Source: an uncultured virus (IMG/VR IMGVR_UViG_3300034374_010562)
Lineage: Duplodnaviria > Heunggongvirae > Uroviricota > Caudoviricetes
Direction: 5' to 3' (one strand)
Length of the DNA stretch: 64,000 nt
Virus record (IMG/VR): IMGVR_UViG_3300034374_010562
Shown here: positions 39,399 to 48,560 of the stretch, in pieces
Layout of the letters: each line of letters begins with the position of its first letter
Position numbering within the stretch: position 1 is the stretch's first letter
Translations under genes and position numbers: made by a program
The notes under the pieces: model-generated
What the model was told of the DNA's origin: nothing
What the model saw: only the letters and a program-made list of their open reading frames with translations
Databases searched by the model: none

Positions 39399-42300
39399 TA
39401 TTCTAATATTGATTTAAGGTGTATAATATCCGCATCGATATCATTTATCAACTCTTGTTGTTCTTTAATACCTTGAATGATTACCGCATTTAACTTCTGA
39501 TAGTGAATACTTAAATAACCGTCACCTCTACGGTAAACGAACTCAGGGTATATCTCCCTTAATTCTTGAGCCACCATACCAATAGAGTGTAACTTGTCTC
39601 TTTCTTTTAAGAATTCATAGTTGGAAAGTTTCTCGTTCCAATCGTATTCTCTAATTTGAATTTTTTCAATATTCTCCAATACATTAGTTAACGTTTGAAC
39701 ACCTTTCTTAATTCTAATATCTGACCTACCACAGCTACCCTCAGATGTAATCTGACCAGCCGAGTCAAGAAACCAAAGATTAGATGTATTACAATCTGCA
39801 ATAAATCCTTCTCCGTAAATATCATGAAGACCGGTTGTACAAGATGAATCCTCATACATATAACATCCATTGGCAAGTGTACTACAATTTGAATAGGCAG
39901 TATAACACTCACTAGGAATTTGGTCACAAGCTTCACCGGTTTCTGGAGCTGGACCAGTAATACTATGTGAGTAACACGTAGGTGCTGGTCCCTTCTGACC
40001 TTTAAGACCTTTATCACCCTGAGGTCCTTTTGGTCCAATCACACCTTTGTCACCTGTAGAACCTTTAGGTCCTGGATTAGCATCACCTTGAGTTCCTGAA
40101 GGTCCTTTTGGTCCTGGAGCACCTGAATCACCTGTTGCACCTTTAGGCCCTTTATCACCACCACCACCGCCAGGTCCTTGAGTGAATGGATTACCTTTTT
40201 GACCTTTGGCACCTCCCGGTCCTTTTGGTCCCTGTGGACCTGTCGGTCCTTGGTCACCTTGAGCACCCTTTGGTCCTGTTGGTGATGGACCTGTAGAACC
40301 TTTAGGTCCTGTTGGTGAACTACCTGCAGGTCCTTTCAAACCTTTTGCTTCTCCACCAATATTACCTTTTTGACCTTTTGGTCCTTGTGGACCGATTCCT
40401 CCTTGTGCACCAACGTTACCTTTTTGACCTTTTGGTCCTACACCACCATCTGGAGCTGTTGGCCCCTTAGGTCCGATTGGACCCGCAATTAACTGAGCAG
40501 GTCCTTTATTACCAATATTACCTTTTGGACCTTTATCACCTTGAGGTCCTTGATACGCATCCCCAATTGGACCTTTTGGTCCCGTATTGTTTGCACCTGT
40601 CGGACCGATAGGTCCTGGGTTGTTATCACCACCACCACCAGTTGCACCTTTAGTACCTTGGGAACCTTTTGGTCCCGTTGGTGATGGACCTGTAGAACCT
40701 TTAGGTCCTGTTGGTGACGACCCTGTTGGTCCTTTCAATCCCTTTGGTGAACCACCTTGAGTACCTTTTTGACCTTTTGGACCCTGTGGACCAATTCCAC
40801 CTTGTGCACCAACGTTACCTTTTTGACCTTTTGGTCCTACACCACCATCTGGAGCTGTTGGCCCCTTAGGTCCGATTGGTCCCGCAATTAACTGAGCCGG
40901 ACCTTTATTACCAATATTACCTTTTGGACCTTTATCTCCTTGTGGACCTTGGTAAGCATCTCCAATCGGTCCTTTTGGTCCCGTATTGTTTGCACCTACA
41001 GGTCCTTTTGGTCCTGGGTTTGCATCACCCTGACCACCAGTTGCACCTTTAGTACCTTGAGAACCCTTCGGCCCTTGTGGTGATGGTCCCTGAGAACCTT
41101 TTGGTCCGACTGGTGAACCACCCGTTGGACCTTTCAATCCTTTTGGAGAACCACCAAATAATCCTTTAGGACCTATAACACCTTTATCTCCGATATTACC
41201 CTTAGGACCAGTACCACCTTTTTGCCCTTTTGGACCTACCGGTCCGTCTGGAGCTGTTGGTCCTTTATTACCTTTAGGTCCATCTGTCGGTTGTGCAGGA
41301 CCTTTATTACCTTGTGGACCGTCAGCACCTGTAGGTCCCTTAGGACCTTGATTAGAATCTCCTTGTGCACCTTTTGGACCTGGGTTAGCATCCCCTTGTG
41401 GTCCTTTTGGTCCTGGATTCGCATCTCCCTGACCACCAATCGGTCCTTTGTTACCTTGAGGTCCCTTTGGACCTGTCGGTGCATTACCTTTCTGACCTTT
41501 AGCACCTGTAGGACTGTTCCCCTGAGGACCTTTTGGTCCCGTTGGTGAGTTACCGATAACACCTTTATCACCAATAACACCTTTATCCCCTTGTGCACCC
41601 TTAGGTCCGTTTACACCTGCATCACCCGTGGCTCCTTTATTACCGATGATACCCTTATTACCTGGGTCACCCGCAATACCTTTAACTGTTTGGTCAGGCC
41701 CTTTATTACCCTGAGGTCCTTTAACACCAGTAGGTCCCTTTGGTCCTGTATTGGTATCACCAATCGGTCCTTTAGGTCCTGGATTATTATCACCTGTAGC
41801 ACCTGTTGGTCCTTGGTTAGAATCTCCAATATTACCTTTTGGACCACCAATACCTTGGCCACCTTTACTACCTTGAGGTGAGGTACCTTGAGGACCTTTT
41901 GGTCCGTCTGGGGAACTACCTTGAGGTCCTTTTGGACCTATTACTGGTGAACCTTTAAATCCTTTAACCCCTTTTAAACCTTTATCACCTTCATTACCTT
42001 TAGGTCCAAGTATACCTTTGTTTCCTTTTAGACCTTTCGGACCGTCAGGAGCAGTAGGTCCTTTCGGACCTTTAACACCTTTAAGACCTTTTTCACCTTT
42101 TTCACCATCTCCACCTCTCGGCCCTTTTGAACCCTGGTCACCAATAAATGAATCACCTTCAGGTCCTTTTTCACCTGTGAAACTATCACCTGTCGGTCCT
42201 TTAGCACCTGGGTAATTATCACCAATGGTACCAGGTGCACCTTGAGGTCCGTATGGACCTTTAGTTCCTTGTGGAGATGTTCCCTGAGACCCTTTATTAC

Positions 42301-44488
42301 CTTGTGGTGATGTTCCTTGGGAACCTTTATCACCTCCTGGTGACGCCCCTTGGTTACCTTTTGTACCGATAAGACCCTTAGAACCGAGAAGACCTTTATT
42401 ACCTAAAACACCTTTTTCACCCTTAATACCTTTTGGACCGTCAGGTGCAATAGGCCCTTTTAAACCTTTAAGTCCCTTTTCACCCTTAACACCTTTTAAA
42501 CCTTTTGGACCTTTGTCCCCTGCAGGACCAAGTTCCCCTTGGTTGGCATCACCAGTAGGTCCTTTAATACCTTTGTGAGTCTCACCTGTTGGACCTTTTG
42601 GGCCCGGATTGTTATCACCACCTGGTCCTGGTACCGATTTAGCACCCTTAACACCGATGTCACCTTGTGGCTCTGCACCAGGTGCACCTTTTTGACCTTT
42701 TACCACATCACCCTGAGGACCTATATCCCCCTGTGGTGACGTTCCTTGGTTACCTTTAGAACCGATAACCCCTTTAATACCTTTAGGACCCTTACCTCCA
42801 ATGTCTCCTTTAAGACCTTTGAAACCTTTATCCCCTTTAAAACCTTTAACACCTTTTGGCCCTTTTGGACCTACAATACCTTTATTACCTTTATCGGCAC
42901 TGGTATCTCCTTTGGCTCCCGTTGGACCTTTTGGTCCTGGATTGGCATCACCTTGCCCACCTTTAATACCTTTGTGGTCATCACCACCTGGTCCTTGGTC
43001 TCCTTTAAATAAGTCACCTTGAACACCTTGGTCACCAACATCTCCACGGACACCTTTGTCACCACCAGTATTATTACCTATATTACCTTTCTCACCTTTG
43101 ATGGAATCCCCTTGATTACCAATTGGACCAAGAGGTGAAGTTCCGATGATACCTTTGGTACCTCTTAAACCTTTTTGACCTTTAACCCCTTTGAAACCTT
43201 TTATACCCTTAGGGCCTTTCTCACCTTTACCACCCTTAGGACCAACGTCTCCAATGGCGCCTTTAGGTCCCACTGAACCTTTTTGACCTTTAACCCCATC
43301 TTCACCAATAGCACCGCCTTCACCAGTCGGACCTTTAGGACCAACATTGTTGTCACCAACATTACCCTGAGCACCGATTTGAGCATCCCCCTGAGGACCT
43401 AAGATACCTTTATGAAGGTCACCTTTCTGACCTTTGATACCTTTATTACCATCCCCACCTTGGCTACCGATTGGTGATGCACCAACATCACCTGTTGGAC
43501 CTTGTGGTGAAATACCAATGATACCTTTCTCACCGATTGGTGAAGTTCCTTGAGGACCTTTATCACCTTGAGGTGAATTACCCTGAGAACCTTTAACACC
43601 TTTGATACCTTTGTTACCATCGATACCTTTGTTTCCTTTCTCTGAGATGGTTCCTTTATCACCCTGAGAACCTTTGACACCTTTCTTACCTTTATCACCT
43701 GGAATACCTTTGAGACCTTTCTCACCGACATCTCCTTGAGGACCAATAACATCTTTATCTCCTTTGGTACCTTTAATACCTTTGTGTTCGTCACCCTGTG
43801 GACCGATATCTCCAATGAATTCACCACCTTTAATACCTTTTTCACCGATAAACTCCTCACCAATGGTTCCTTTCGTTCCTTTGATACCTTTGTTTCCGTC
43901 TCCACCTTTATCACCTTGTGGAGAGTCACCGATTAAACCTTTGTCACCACCAGGTGATGAACCTATGTTACCCTTAGGTCCAATTGGTGATACACCTTGA
44001 GCTCCGATGGAACCTTTCTGACCTTTGTCATTACCGTCACCACCGTCACCTAATAAACCTTTATCACCCTTAATACCTTTGTGTAAATCTCCCGTAGGAC
44101 CTTGAATACCTGCACCACCGTCAGGACCTATTTCACCCTTCTGACCTTTAACCTGAGTATCTCCTTTGGAACCTGCACCACCTTTAAGACCTTTAAGTCC
44201 TTTCTCAACTGAACCTTTCCACTTTTGGTCGGTATCAATAATTGAGGTGACATTACCTGAGGCACTGTCAAAAACAAACTGGTCCTCAAATCGAATATTA
44301 CCCTTAACACGTAGGTTAAGAGTATCTGAATCAAATTTAACTAAGTCATCTCCATTCGTAGCACCTGAGAAACTGATGGAACCATCAGCAGCAACCACCA
44401 TAGCAATTTTATCACCATTGTCGTTTTCGAATAATATATAAGGATTCCCTCCTGAGGGATTAGGTACAATTTTTATATTTTTGGCCAT
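39398..44488 (-). CDS. Giant collagen-like fibre protein A with Cys-rich tip domain and S74 chaperone
   Basis: 1696 aa; 8-Cys domain at about 39730-39980; SDIRIKK..IGMVAQE. Confidence 0.95.
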   Translation of the reverse strand: MAKNIKIVPNPSGGNPYILFENDNGDKIAMVVAADGSISFSGATNGDDLVKFDSDTLNLRVKGNIRFEDQFVFDSASGNVTSIIDTDQKWKGSVEKGLKGLKGGAGSKGDTQVKGQKGEIGPDGGAGIQGPTGDLHKGIKGDKGLLGDGGDGNDKGQKGSIGAQGVSPIGPKGNIGSSPGGDKGLIGDSPQGDKGGDGNKGIKGTKGTIGEEFIGEKGIKGGEFIGDIGPQGDEHKGIKGTKGDKDVIGPQGDVGEKGLKGIPGDKGKKGVKGSQGDKGTISEKGNKGIDGNKGIKGVKGSQGNSPQGDKGPQGTSPIGEKGIIGISPQGPTGDVGASPIGSQGGDGNKGIKGQKGDLHKGILGPQGDAQIGAQGNVGDNNVGPKGPTGEGGAIGEDGVKGQKGSVGPKGAIGDVGPKGGKGEKGPKGIKGFKGVKGQKGLRGTKGIIGTSPLGPIGNQGDSIKGEKGNIGNNTGGDKGVRGDVGDQGVQGDLFKGDQGPGGDDHKGIKGGQGDANPGPKGPTGAKGDTSADKGNKGIVGPKGPKGVKGFKGDKGFKGLKGDIGGKGPKGIKGVIGSKGNQGTSPQGDIGPQGDVVKGQKGAPGAEPQGDIGVKGAKSVPGPGGDNNPGPKGPTGETHKGIKGPTGDANQGELGPAGDKGPKGLKGVKGEKGLKGLKGPIAPDGPKGIKGEKGVLGNKGLLGSKGLIGTKGNQGASPGGDKGSQGTSPQGNKGSQGTSPQGTKGPYGPQGAPGTIGDNYPGAKGPTGDSFTGEKGPEGDSFIGDQGSKGPRGGDGEKGEKGLKGVKGPKGPTAPDGPKGLKGNKGILGPKGNEGDKGLKGVKGFKGSPVIGPKGPQGSSPDGPKGPQGTSPQGSKGGQGIGGPKGNIGDSNQGPTGATGDNNPGPKGPIGDTNTGPKGPTGVKGPQGNKGPDQTVKGIAGDPGNKGIIGNKGATGDAGVNGPKGAQGDKGVIGDKGVIGNSPTGPKGPQGNSPTGAKGQKGNAPTGPKGPQGNKGPIGGQGDANPGPKGPQGDANPGPKGAQGDSNQGPKGPTGADGPQGNKGPAQPTDGPKGNKGPTAPDGPVGPKGQKGGTGPKGNIGDKGVIGPKGLFGGSPKGLKGPTGGSPVGPKGSQGPSPQGPKGSQGTKGATGGQGDANPGPKGPVGANNTGPKGPIGDAYQGPQGDKGPKGNIGNKGPAQLIAGPIGPKGPTAPDGGVGPKGQKGNVGAQGGIGPQGPKGQKGTQGGSPKGLKGPTGSSPTGPKGSTGPSPTGPKGSQGTKGATGGGGDNNPGPIGPTGANNTGPKGPIGDAYQGPQGDKGPKGNIGNKGPAQLIAGPIGPKGPTAPDGGVGPKGQKGNVGAQGGIGPQGPKGQKGNIGGEAKGLKGPAGSSPTGPKGSTGPSPTGPKGAQGDQGPTGPQGPKGPGGAKGQKGNPFTQGPGGGGGDKGPKGATGDSGAPGPKGPSGTQGDANPGPKGSTGDKGVIGPKGPQGDKGLKGQKGPAPTCYSHSITGPAPETGEACDQIPSECYTAYSNCSTLANGCYMYEDSSCTTGLHDIYGEGFIADCNTSNLWFLDSAGQITSEGSCGRSDIRIKKGVQTLTNVLENIEKIQIREYDWNEKLSNYEFLKERDKLHSIGMVAQELREIYPEFVYRRGDGYLSIHYQKLNAVIIQGIKEQQELINDIDADIIHLKSILE

Positions 44489-44640
44489 CTAATATAAAAG
44501 GTCAATCTGTTTATTATATAATAAATATAACAAAGTTCATTACTTATCACTCTATAAATACTTTGTTTCTCTTTAAGTATTCATTTGATTTTAATATAAT
44601 TTCTGAAAGATAAAATTAAATATACTTTGAATCAGATTAT

Positions 44641-45357
44641 ATGGAATCAAACATTCTAACTCACAAACAAATTACAAACCTAATTGCAAATAAAATAACC
44701 AATTACTTTGAGGTCATAGAACCGCAAAACTTATCTCAGATATGGGTAACCTATGTTGGAAGATTTTACGTAATCACAGGAAAGACTAACATCACCACTC
44801 CCGTAAACATCGGAGAATTAATAAATGATTATTTAAAAGATTTTTATGGAGATGATTGGAATCCGATAAATGTATTAGACCTTTTAGAGTATGGATATCC
44901 AATGGAAAAAGAAAGAAGTGTCAGTTTCAACTTCGATAAAAAAAGTGAGATTTTTGACTTCACAGAAATTTATGAAGTTCAATTGGATATCAACCCCTTA
45001 AATGAACCCGTCGTCTCAGACAAACTATTTGGAAGTTCATTATACTTTGAGAAGATGTATTACGCTCACTTTGCAAAAATTGCAAATCATTTATTTGCAT
45101 CATCTTTCTGCAAGGAAGTGAGAATTAACCTATACATCCATAGAGAGCAAGAACCAGCATTTATGATGGTATCAAACGAATGGACACCCACCTATCAACA
45201 CGCATTCAACGTGGTGGACGCCACATTCTCACACGACCCAAAAGACATCATTGAAAAAACAGGGTTATCAGATTTTGATTTTGAAGATTTGATTTTGGAT
45301 AAAGGACATTATCCATGGAATAAGAAAAACCGATTGAAGGATTTTATGATGATATAA
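44641..45357 (+). CDS. Hypothetical protein, possible degenerate MetK (SAM synthetase) fold
   Basis: Colinear weak similarity to MetK N- and C-domains; catalytic motifs absent. Confidence 0.5.
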   Translation: MESNILTHKQITNLIANKITNYFEVIEPQNLSQIWVTYVGRFYVITGKTNITTPVNIGELINDYLKDFYGDDWNPINVLDLLEYGYPMEKERSVSFNFDKKSEIFDFTEIYEVQLDINPLNEPVVSDKLFGSSLYFEKMYYAHFAKIANHLFASSFCKEVRINLYIHREQEPAFMMVSNEWTPTYQHAFNVVDATFSHDPKDIIEKTGLSDFDFEDLILDKGHYPWNKKNRLKDFMMI

Positions 45358-45391
45358 AAAAAGGGGACCGTTAAGTCCCCTTTCCTTTTTT
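45356..45391. terminator. Bidirectional intrinsic terminator
   Basis: AAAAAAAGGGGAC-CGTTAA-GTCCCCTTT..TTTTT between convergent genes. Confidence 0.75.
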
Positions 45392-45668
45392 ATAAGAATT
45401 TTTTGATTTTTTCGACAGCTTCTTCAACATCATCAAAATCTCTGTCAGGTGCCATCAACCTAATGTCTTTCACGTCGTCATCCTCAAAGTTCAACAACAT
45501 GAAAGCCGGAACATAATCATTGTCTGTGGCTTCCACGAACTTATCATATTCTTTGGAGTAAACCTCGATGTCACGGTCACGGTATTCAATACCATTGTCT
45601 TTCAACATCTGTTTAACGTTGTCACAGTGAGGACAACCCTCCATTGAATATAATATCACGTGTTTCAT
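45390..45668 (-). CDS. Glutaredoxin / NrdH-like
   Basis: YSMEGCPHC, YVP. Confidence 0.88.
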   Translation of the reverse strand: MKHVILYSMEGCPHCDNVKQMLKDNGIEYRDRDIEVYSKEYDKFVEATDNDYVPAFMLLNFEDDDVKDIRLMAPDRDFDDVEEAVEKIKKFL

Positions 45669-45985
45669 GACAATAACATTTCTTTCATCTCTTCTAACTG
45701 AGGTTGTTGTAATACACCTGAGCGTGTAATCTTTTCCTCACCATTAGCAAATCCTTTAATTGTTGGGATAGAACGAACATTAAGTTCCATCGCCATCTCA
45801 CGGTCAGATTCAATATCAAATTTATAGATTGATACCTCAGAACTCTCACCTTCGAGTTTTTCAGCATATCTCTCAACGATTGGACCCATAATTCTACATG
45901 GTCCACACCACTCCGCGTATAAGTCTACAATAAACTTATCACCACTCTTAATCTTTTCTCTTAATTGTTCGCCTGTTAAATTCAT
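45665..45985 (-). CDS. trxA: Thioredoxin
   Basis: DLYAEWCGPCR, VRSIPT. Confidence 0.92.
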   Translation of the reverse strand: MNLTGEQLREKIKSGDKFIVDLYAEWCGPCRIMGPIVERYAEKLEGESSEVSIYKFDIESDREMAMELNVRSIPTIKGFANGEEKITRSGVLQQPQLEEMKEMLLS

Positions 45986-46329
45986 TAGAAAAAACTTTGT
46001 TTTCTTTTATCTTTAATTTTTTGAATAAGGAACATAGTCTGGTCCCTACCCTCTTTATTTACCATGAACACAAACCAATAATACGGTTCCATATCCACTT
46101 TCTTTACGTAAATATACGAAGAACCCTCTGAAAACTCAATAAGACCCTCATGCAATACATATTCGTATTTGTCATTTAAGTATTGATTTGACCAAATAAC
46201 TTCATTTTTTTGTTGCAAATCTTTAACAACATCTTCTGAATATGGTCCAGATTGAATCAAAGATGGGTAATCACCCATCTTATCCTCAACCATTTTTATA
46301 ATATCTTCAGAAATCTTTGTCTCCTTCAT
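45985..46329 (-). CDS. Hypothetical protein
   Basis: 114 aa, coupled on both sides. Confidence 0.7.
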   Translation of the reverse strand: MKETKISEDIIKMVEDKMGDYPSLIQSGPYSEDVVKDLQQKNEVIWSNQYLNDKYEYVLHEGLIEFSEGSSYIYVKKVDMEPYYWFVFMVNKEGRDQTMFLIQKIKDKRKQSFF

Positions 46330-47462
46330 TATTCACTTTCCCTTACCAAAGGTTCTGTTTTAATCATTTCCTTAACCTCTTCACTAACGGTAACTTCAGA
46401 ATACATATTGTGAAGTGTTTTTCCCAACTCTTCAGCCATACCAATAGATTCCGCAATTACATAAGTAATTCTATATGGGTCAGCGTTAGACGCAGGTCTT
46501 CTGTCTTCAACATATCCAACCCAATCCTTTGATGTAGACAACGGTACACGAATAGATGCACCTCTGTCAGATACTCCCCAACTGAACTTATCAATACTCT
46601 GAGTCTCATGAAGACCAGTCAACCTCATCTCATTAGATGAACCATAACATTTGATGTGGTCCAAATGACGACCCTCAAAAGTTTTAAAGATAGCATCAAA
46701 GTAATCCTTACCACCCTCTTCTCTCATCTTAACATTGGAGAAGTTACAATGGAGACCTGAACCGTTCCAATCACCAGTCACAGGTTTAGGGTGGAACTCA
46801 ATCTTAAATCCATAGTCCTCAGACATCTGAAGCAACATGTAACGAGAGACCCATAAGTCGTCAGCAGATTTTAACTTACCTTTACCAAAGACCTGATATT
46901 CCCACTGACCTAACATCACCTCAGCATTGGTACCAGTAACCTCGATACCCGCCATCAAACAGTTTTCCATGTGTTTGTCAACAAACTCACGACCATGAAC
47001 CTGACCGTTACCTACACCACAGTAATACTTACCCTGTGGCTCAGGGAAACCATCCTTAGGGAAACCCAACGGTTTGCCGTCCTTCATAATGGTATATTCC
47101 TGCTCAAAACCAAACCAAAGACCTTCTTCTTCCTCACCAATCAAATGACGAGTGTTAGTCTCGTGTGGTGTACCATCAGCATTCAATACCTCACACATCA
47201 CCAAATAACTATCCATTACACCCTTATTAATTGGGTTTGGATATAGTCTTACTGGTTTTAAAATACAATCCGAGAAGTGACCCTCAGCTTGCATCGTTGA
47301 TGAACCATCAAATCCCCACTCAGGACAATCATTAAGTCCAACTCCATGAACTCTCTTACCACCTACTTCATGGACAGGTGCATCCACTACCTTTACCTTA
47401 CTACGTAAATTTGGCTCGGGGTAGTAACCGTCTAACCAAACGTATTCTAACTTAATTTTCAT
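46329..47462 (-). CDS. glnII: Glutamine synthetase type II
   Basis: EYVWLDG, WGFDGSSTMQAEG..SD, WFGFEQEY, PQGKYYCGVG, NAEVM.GQWEYQ, GDWNGSG.H.NFS, RLTGLHET, EDRRPASN.DPY. Confidence 0.95.
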   Translation of the reverse strand: MKIKLEYVWLDGYYPEPNLRSKVKVVDAPVHEVGGKRVHGVGLNDCPEWGFDGSSTMQAEGHFSDCILKPVRLYPNPINKGVMDSYLVMCEVLNADGTPHETNTRHLIGEEEEGLWFGFEQEYTIMKDGKPLGFPKDGFPEPQGKYYCGVGNGQVHGREFVDKHMENCLMAGIEVTGTNAEVMLGQWEYQVFGKGKLKSADDLWVSRYMLLQMSEDYGFKIEFHPKPVTGDWNGSGLHCNFSNVKMREEGGKDYFDAIFKTFEGRHLDHIKCYGSSNEMRLTGLHETQSIDKFSWGVSDRGASIRVPLSTSKDWVGYVEDRRPASNADPYRITYVIAESIGMAEELGKTLHNMYSEVTVSEEVKEMIKTEPLVRESE

Positions 47463-47515
47463 AAAAAATTGTTTTATACCCTATAATTATATGGGTCTTA
47501 CCCATAAAATCCATA

Positions 47516-47546
47516 AAAAAAGGGGGTAATACCCCCTTAATTTTTT
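47516..47546 (-). terminator. Intrinsic terminator
   Basis: AAGGGGGT-AAT-ACCCCCTT with flanking A/T runs. Confidence 0.7.
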
Positions 47547-47547
47547 A

Positions 47548-48129
47548 TTAGTCCTCGTAATCCGCAATGGGTTCACCATCAGTATCCACTAAATCGTGAC
47601 AATAGAGAACCATTTCTCGTTGACGTTCGTAAATAGAATCCATGAAATCCATCTGAGTTTGTTCATACTCTTCATCATCCCAATCCATATCCTCTGTTGG
47701 GTCTTCCATTTCATCATCTTCCTCTTGCCAAATACACGGTGTTCCGTCTTTGTCTTTTTTGATAACAACCGCACCAATCGGGTCAAAACCCTCATCTTCA
47801 TACATCACCTCAATAAAGACCTCAGGGTCAAGCTCCACTAAGATATTGTAAAGGTGAATGAAGAATTTAATCGGTGGGTACCATGCTGATTCAACACTGA
47901 ACGCTCCGTCACCTTGAATGTCATATAGATAAGTCCACTTTGGACCTAAGTTGTCTATTGACCATGTGTTCAATACACCACCACTTTCAGCAACTTCTAC
48001 ATTATCGTAAAAGGTCTGAGCAAATGTGGTGATTTCACCATCGTTGGCTTTGTCCAACAGTCCATCAAGATATTTGATGGTTTCTTCGTTTGCATGGACT
48101 TCCACCATGCTTTTTAAGTAATTTGCCAT
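47548..48129 (-). CDS. YubB/DUF1281-like ferredoxin-fold protein with acidic tail
   Basis: WSIDNLGPKW, FSVESAWYPP, YEDEG. Confidence 0.65.
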   Translation of the reverse strand: MANYLKSMVEVHANEETIKYLDGLLDKANDGEITTFAQTFYDNVEVAESGGVLNTWSIDNLGPKWTYLYDIQGDGAFSVESAWYPPIKFFIHLYNILVELDPEVFIEVMYEDEGFDPIGAVVIKKDKDGTPCIWQEEDDEMEDPTEDMDWDDEEYEQTQMDFMDSIYERQREMVLYCHDLVDTDGEPIADYED

Positions 48130-48146
48130 TTTGTTTATTTATTTAT

Positions 48147-48329
48147 TTATTCTTCTAAACGATAATCAGTTCCACCATCTTTATCTCTGGTGAATTCAAA
48201 TTCAATGTCCCAATCCCAAAACTCATCCCAAAACTGGTCTTCATCTTCTTTGTAAAGTGCTAACTGCTCGTCAGTTAGTTCTGCTGCGTAGAAACGATAA
48301 TCCGTTTCAATTTTAATTAGTTTTGCCAT
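48147..48329 (-). CDS. Small acidic protein (likely start MAKLIKIE at 48329)
   Basis: The track ORF extends upstream over another small gene. Confidence 0.65.
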   Translation of the reverse strand: MAKLIKIETDYRFYAAELTDEQLALYKEDEDQFWDEFWDWDIEFEFTRDKDGGTDYRLEE

Positions 48330-48348
48330 TTTTTGTTTTTTTTTTAAA

Positions 48349-48483
48349 TTAACGACCTTGACCCTTATACTTCTTCTTGTAGTTAGAAGAGTTCTTACTA
48401 CGTGAAGTCTTAGTCTTCGCATGAACACCAGGACGACTTTTCTTAGGTCTTTCTATGGTACCAGATGAGTTGAGTTTAGCCAT
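48349..48483 (-). CDS. Small very basic protein ending YKGQGR (44 aa), not in the ORF track
   Basis: MAKLNSSGTIERPKKSRPGVHAKTKTSRSKNSSNYKKKYKGQGR; TACATTTG promoter box at 48525-48532. Confidence 0.75.
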   Translation of the reverse strand: MAKLNSSGTIERPKKSRPGVHAKTKTSRSKNSSNYKKKYKGQGR

Positions 48484-48560
48484 TGCTTTTTAGTTTTTAT
48501 TTAGTTTAACATTAATGAATACAACAAATGTAAAAATAATTTTTTTGATTGACAATACCT

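Noticed and set aside
29461..44441. Dozens of short alternate-frame and antisense ORFs within the collagen genes
   Set aside because: Shadows of the GGN-NNN-AAR codon periodicity (Pro/Leu-rich antisense, Val/Lys/Asp-rich frameshifted)
29141..44488. Eukaryotic contamination or a eukaryotic giant-virus origin of the collagens
   Set aside because: No introns or signal peptides; phage S74 domains, coupled operons, bacterial promoters and terminators, M23/PG-binding genes and uniform composition argue for a bacteriophage, although no capsid gene is in the window
48330..48428. N-terminal extension of track ORF 48147..48428
   Set aside because: It overlaps the better supported 44-aa basic gene; the ATG at 48329 has the typical A-rich leader. 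Similar trimming was applied at 3927, 9066, 13458, 17708, 22685, 23923 and 55842
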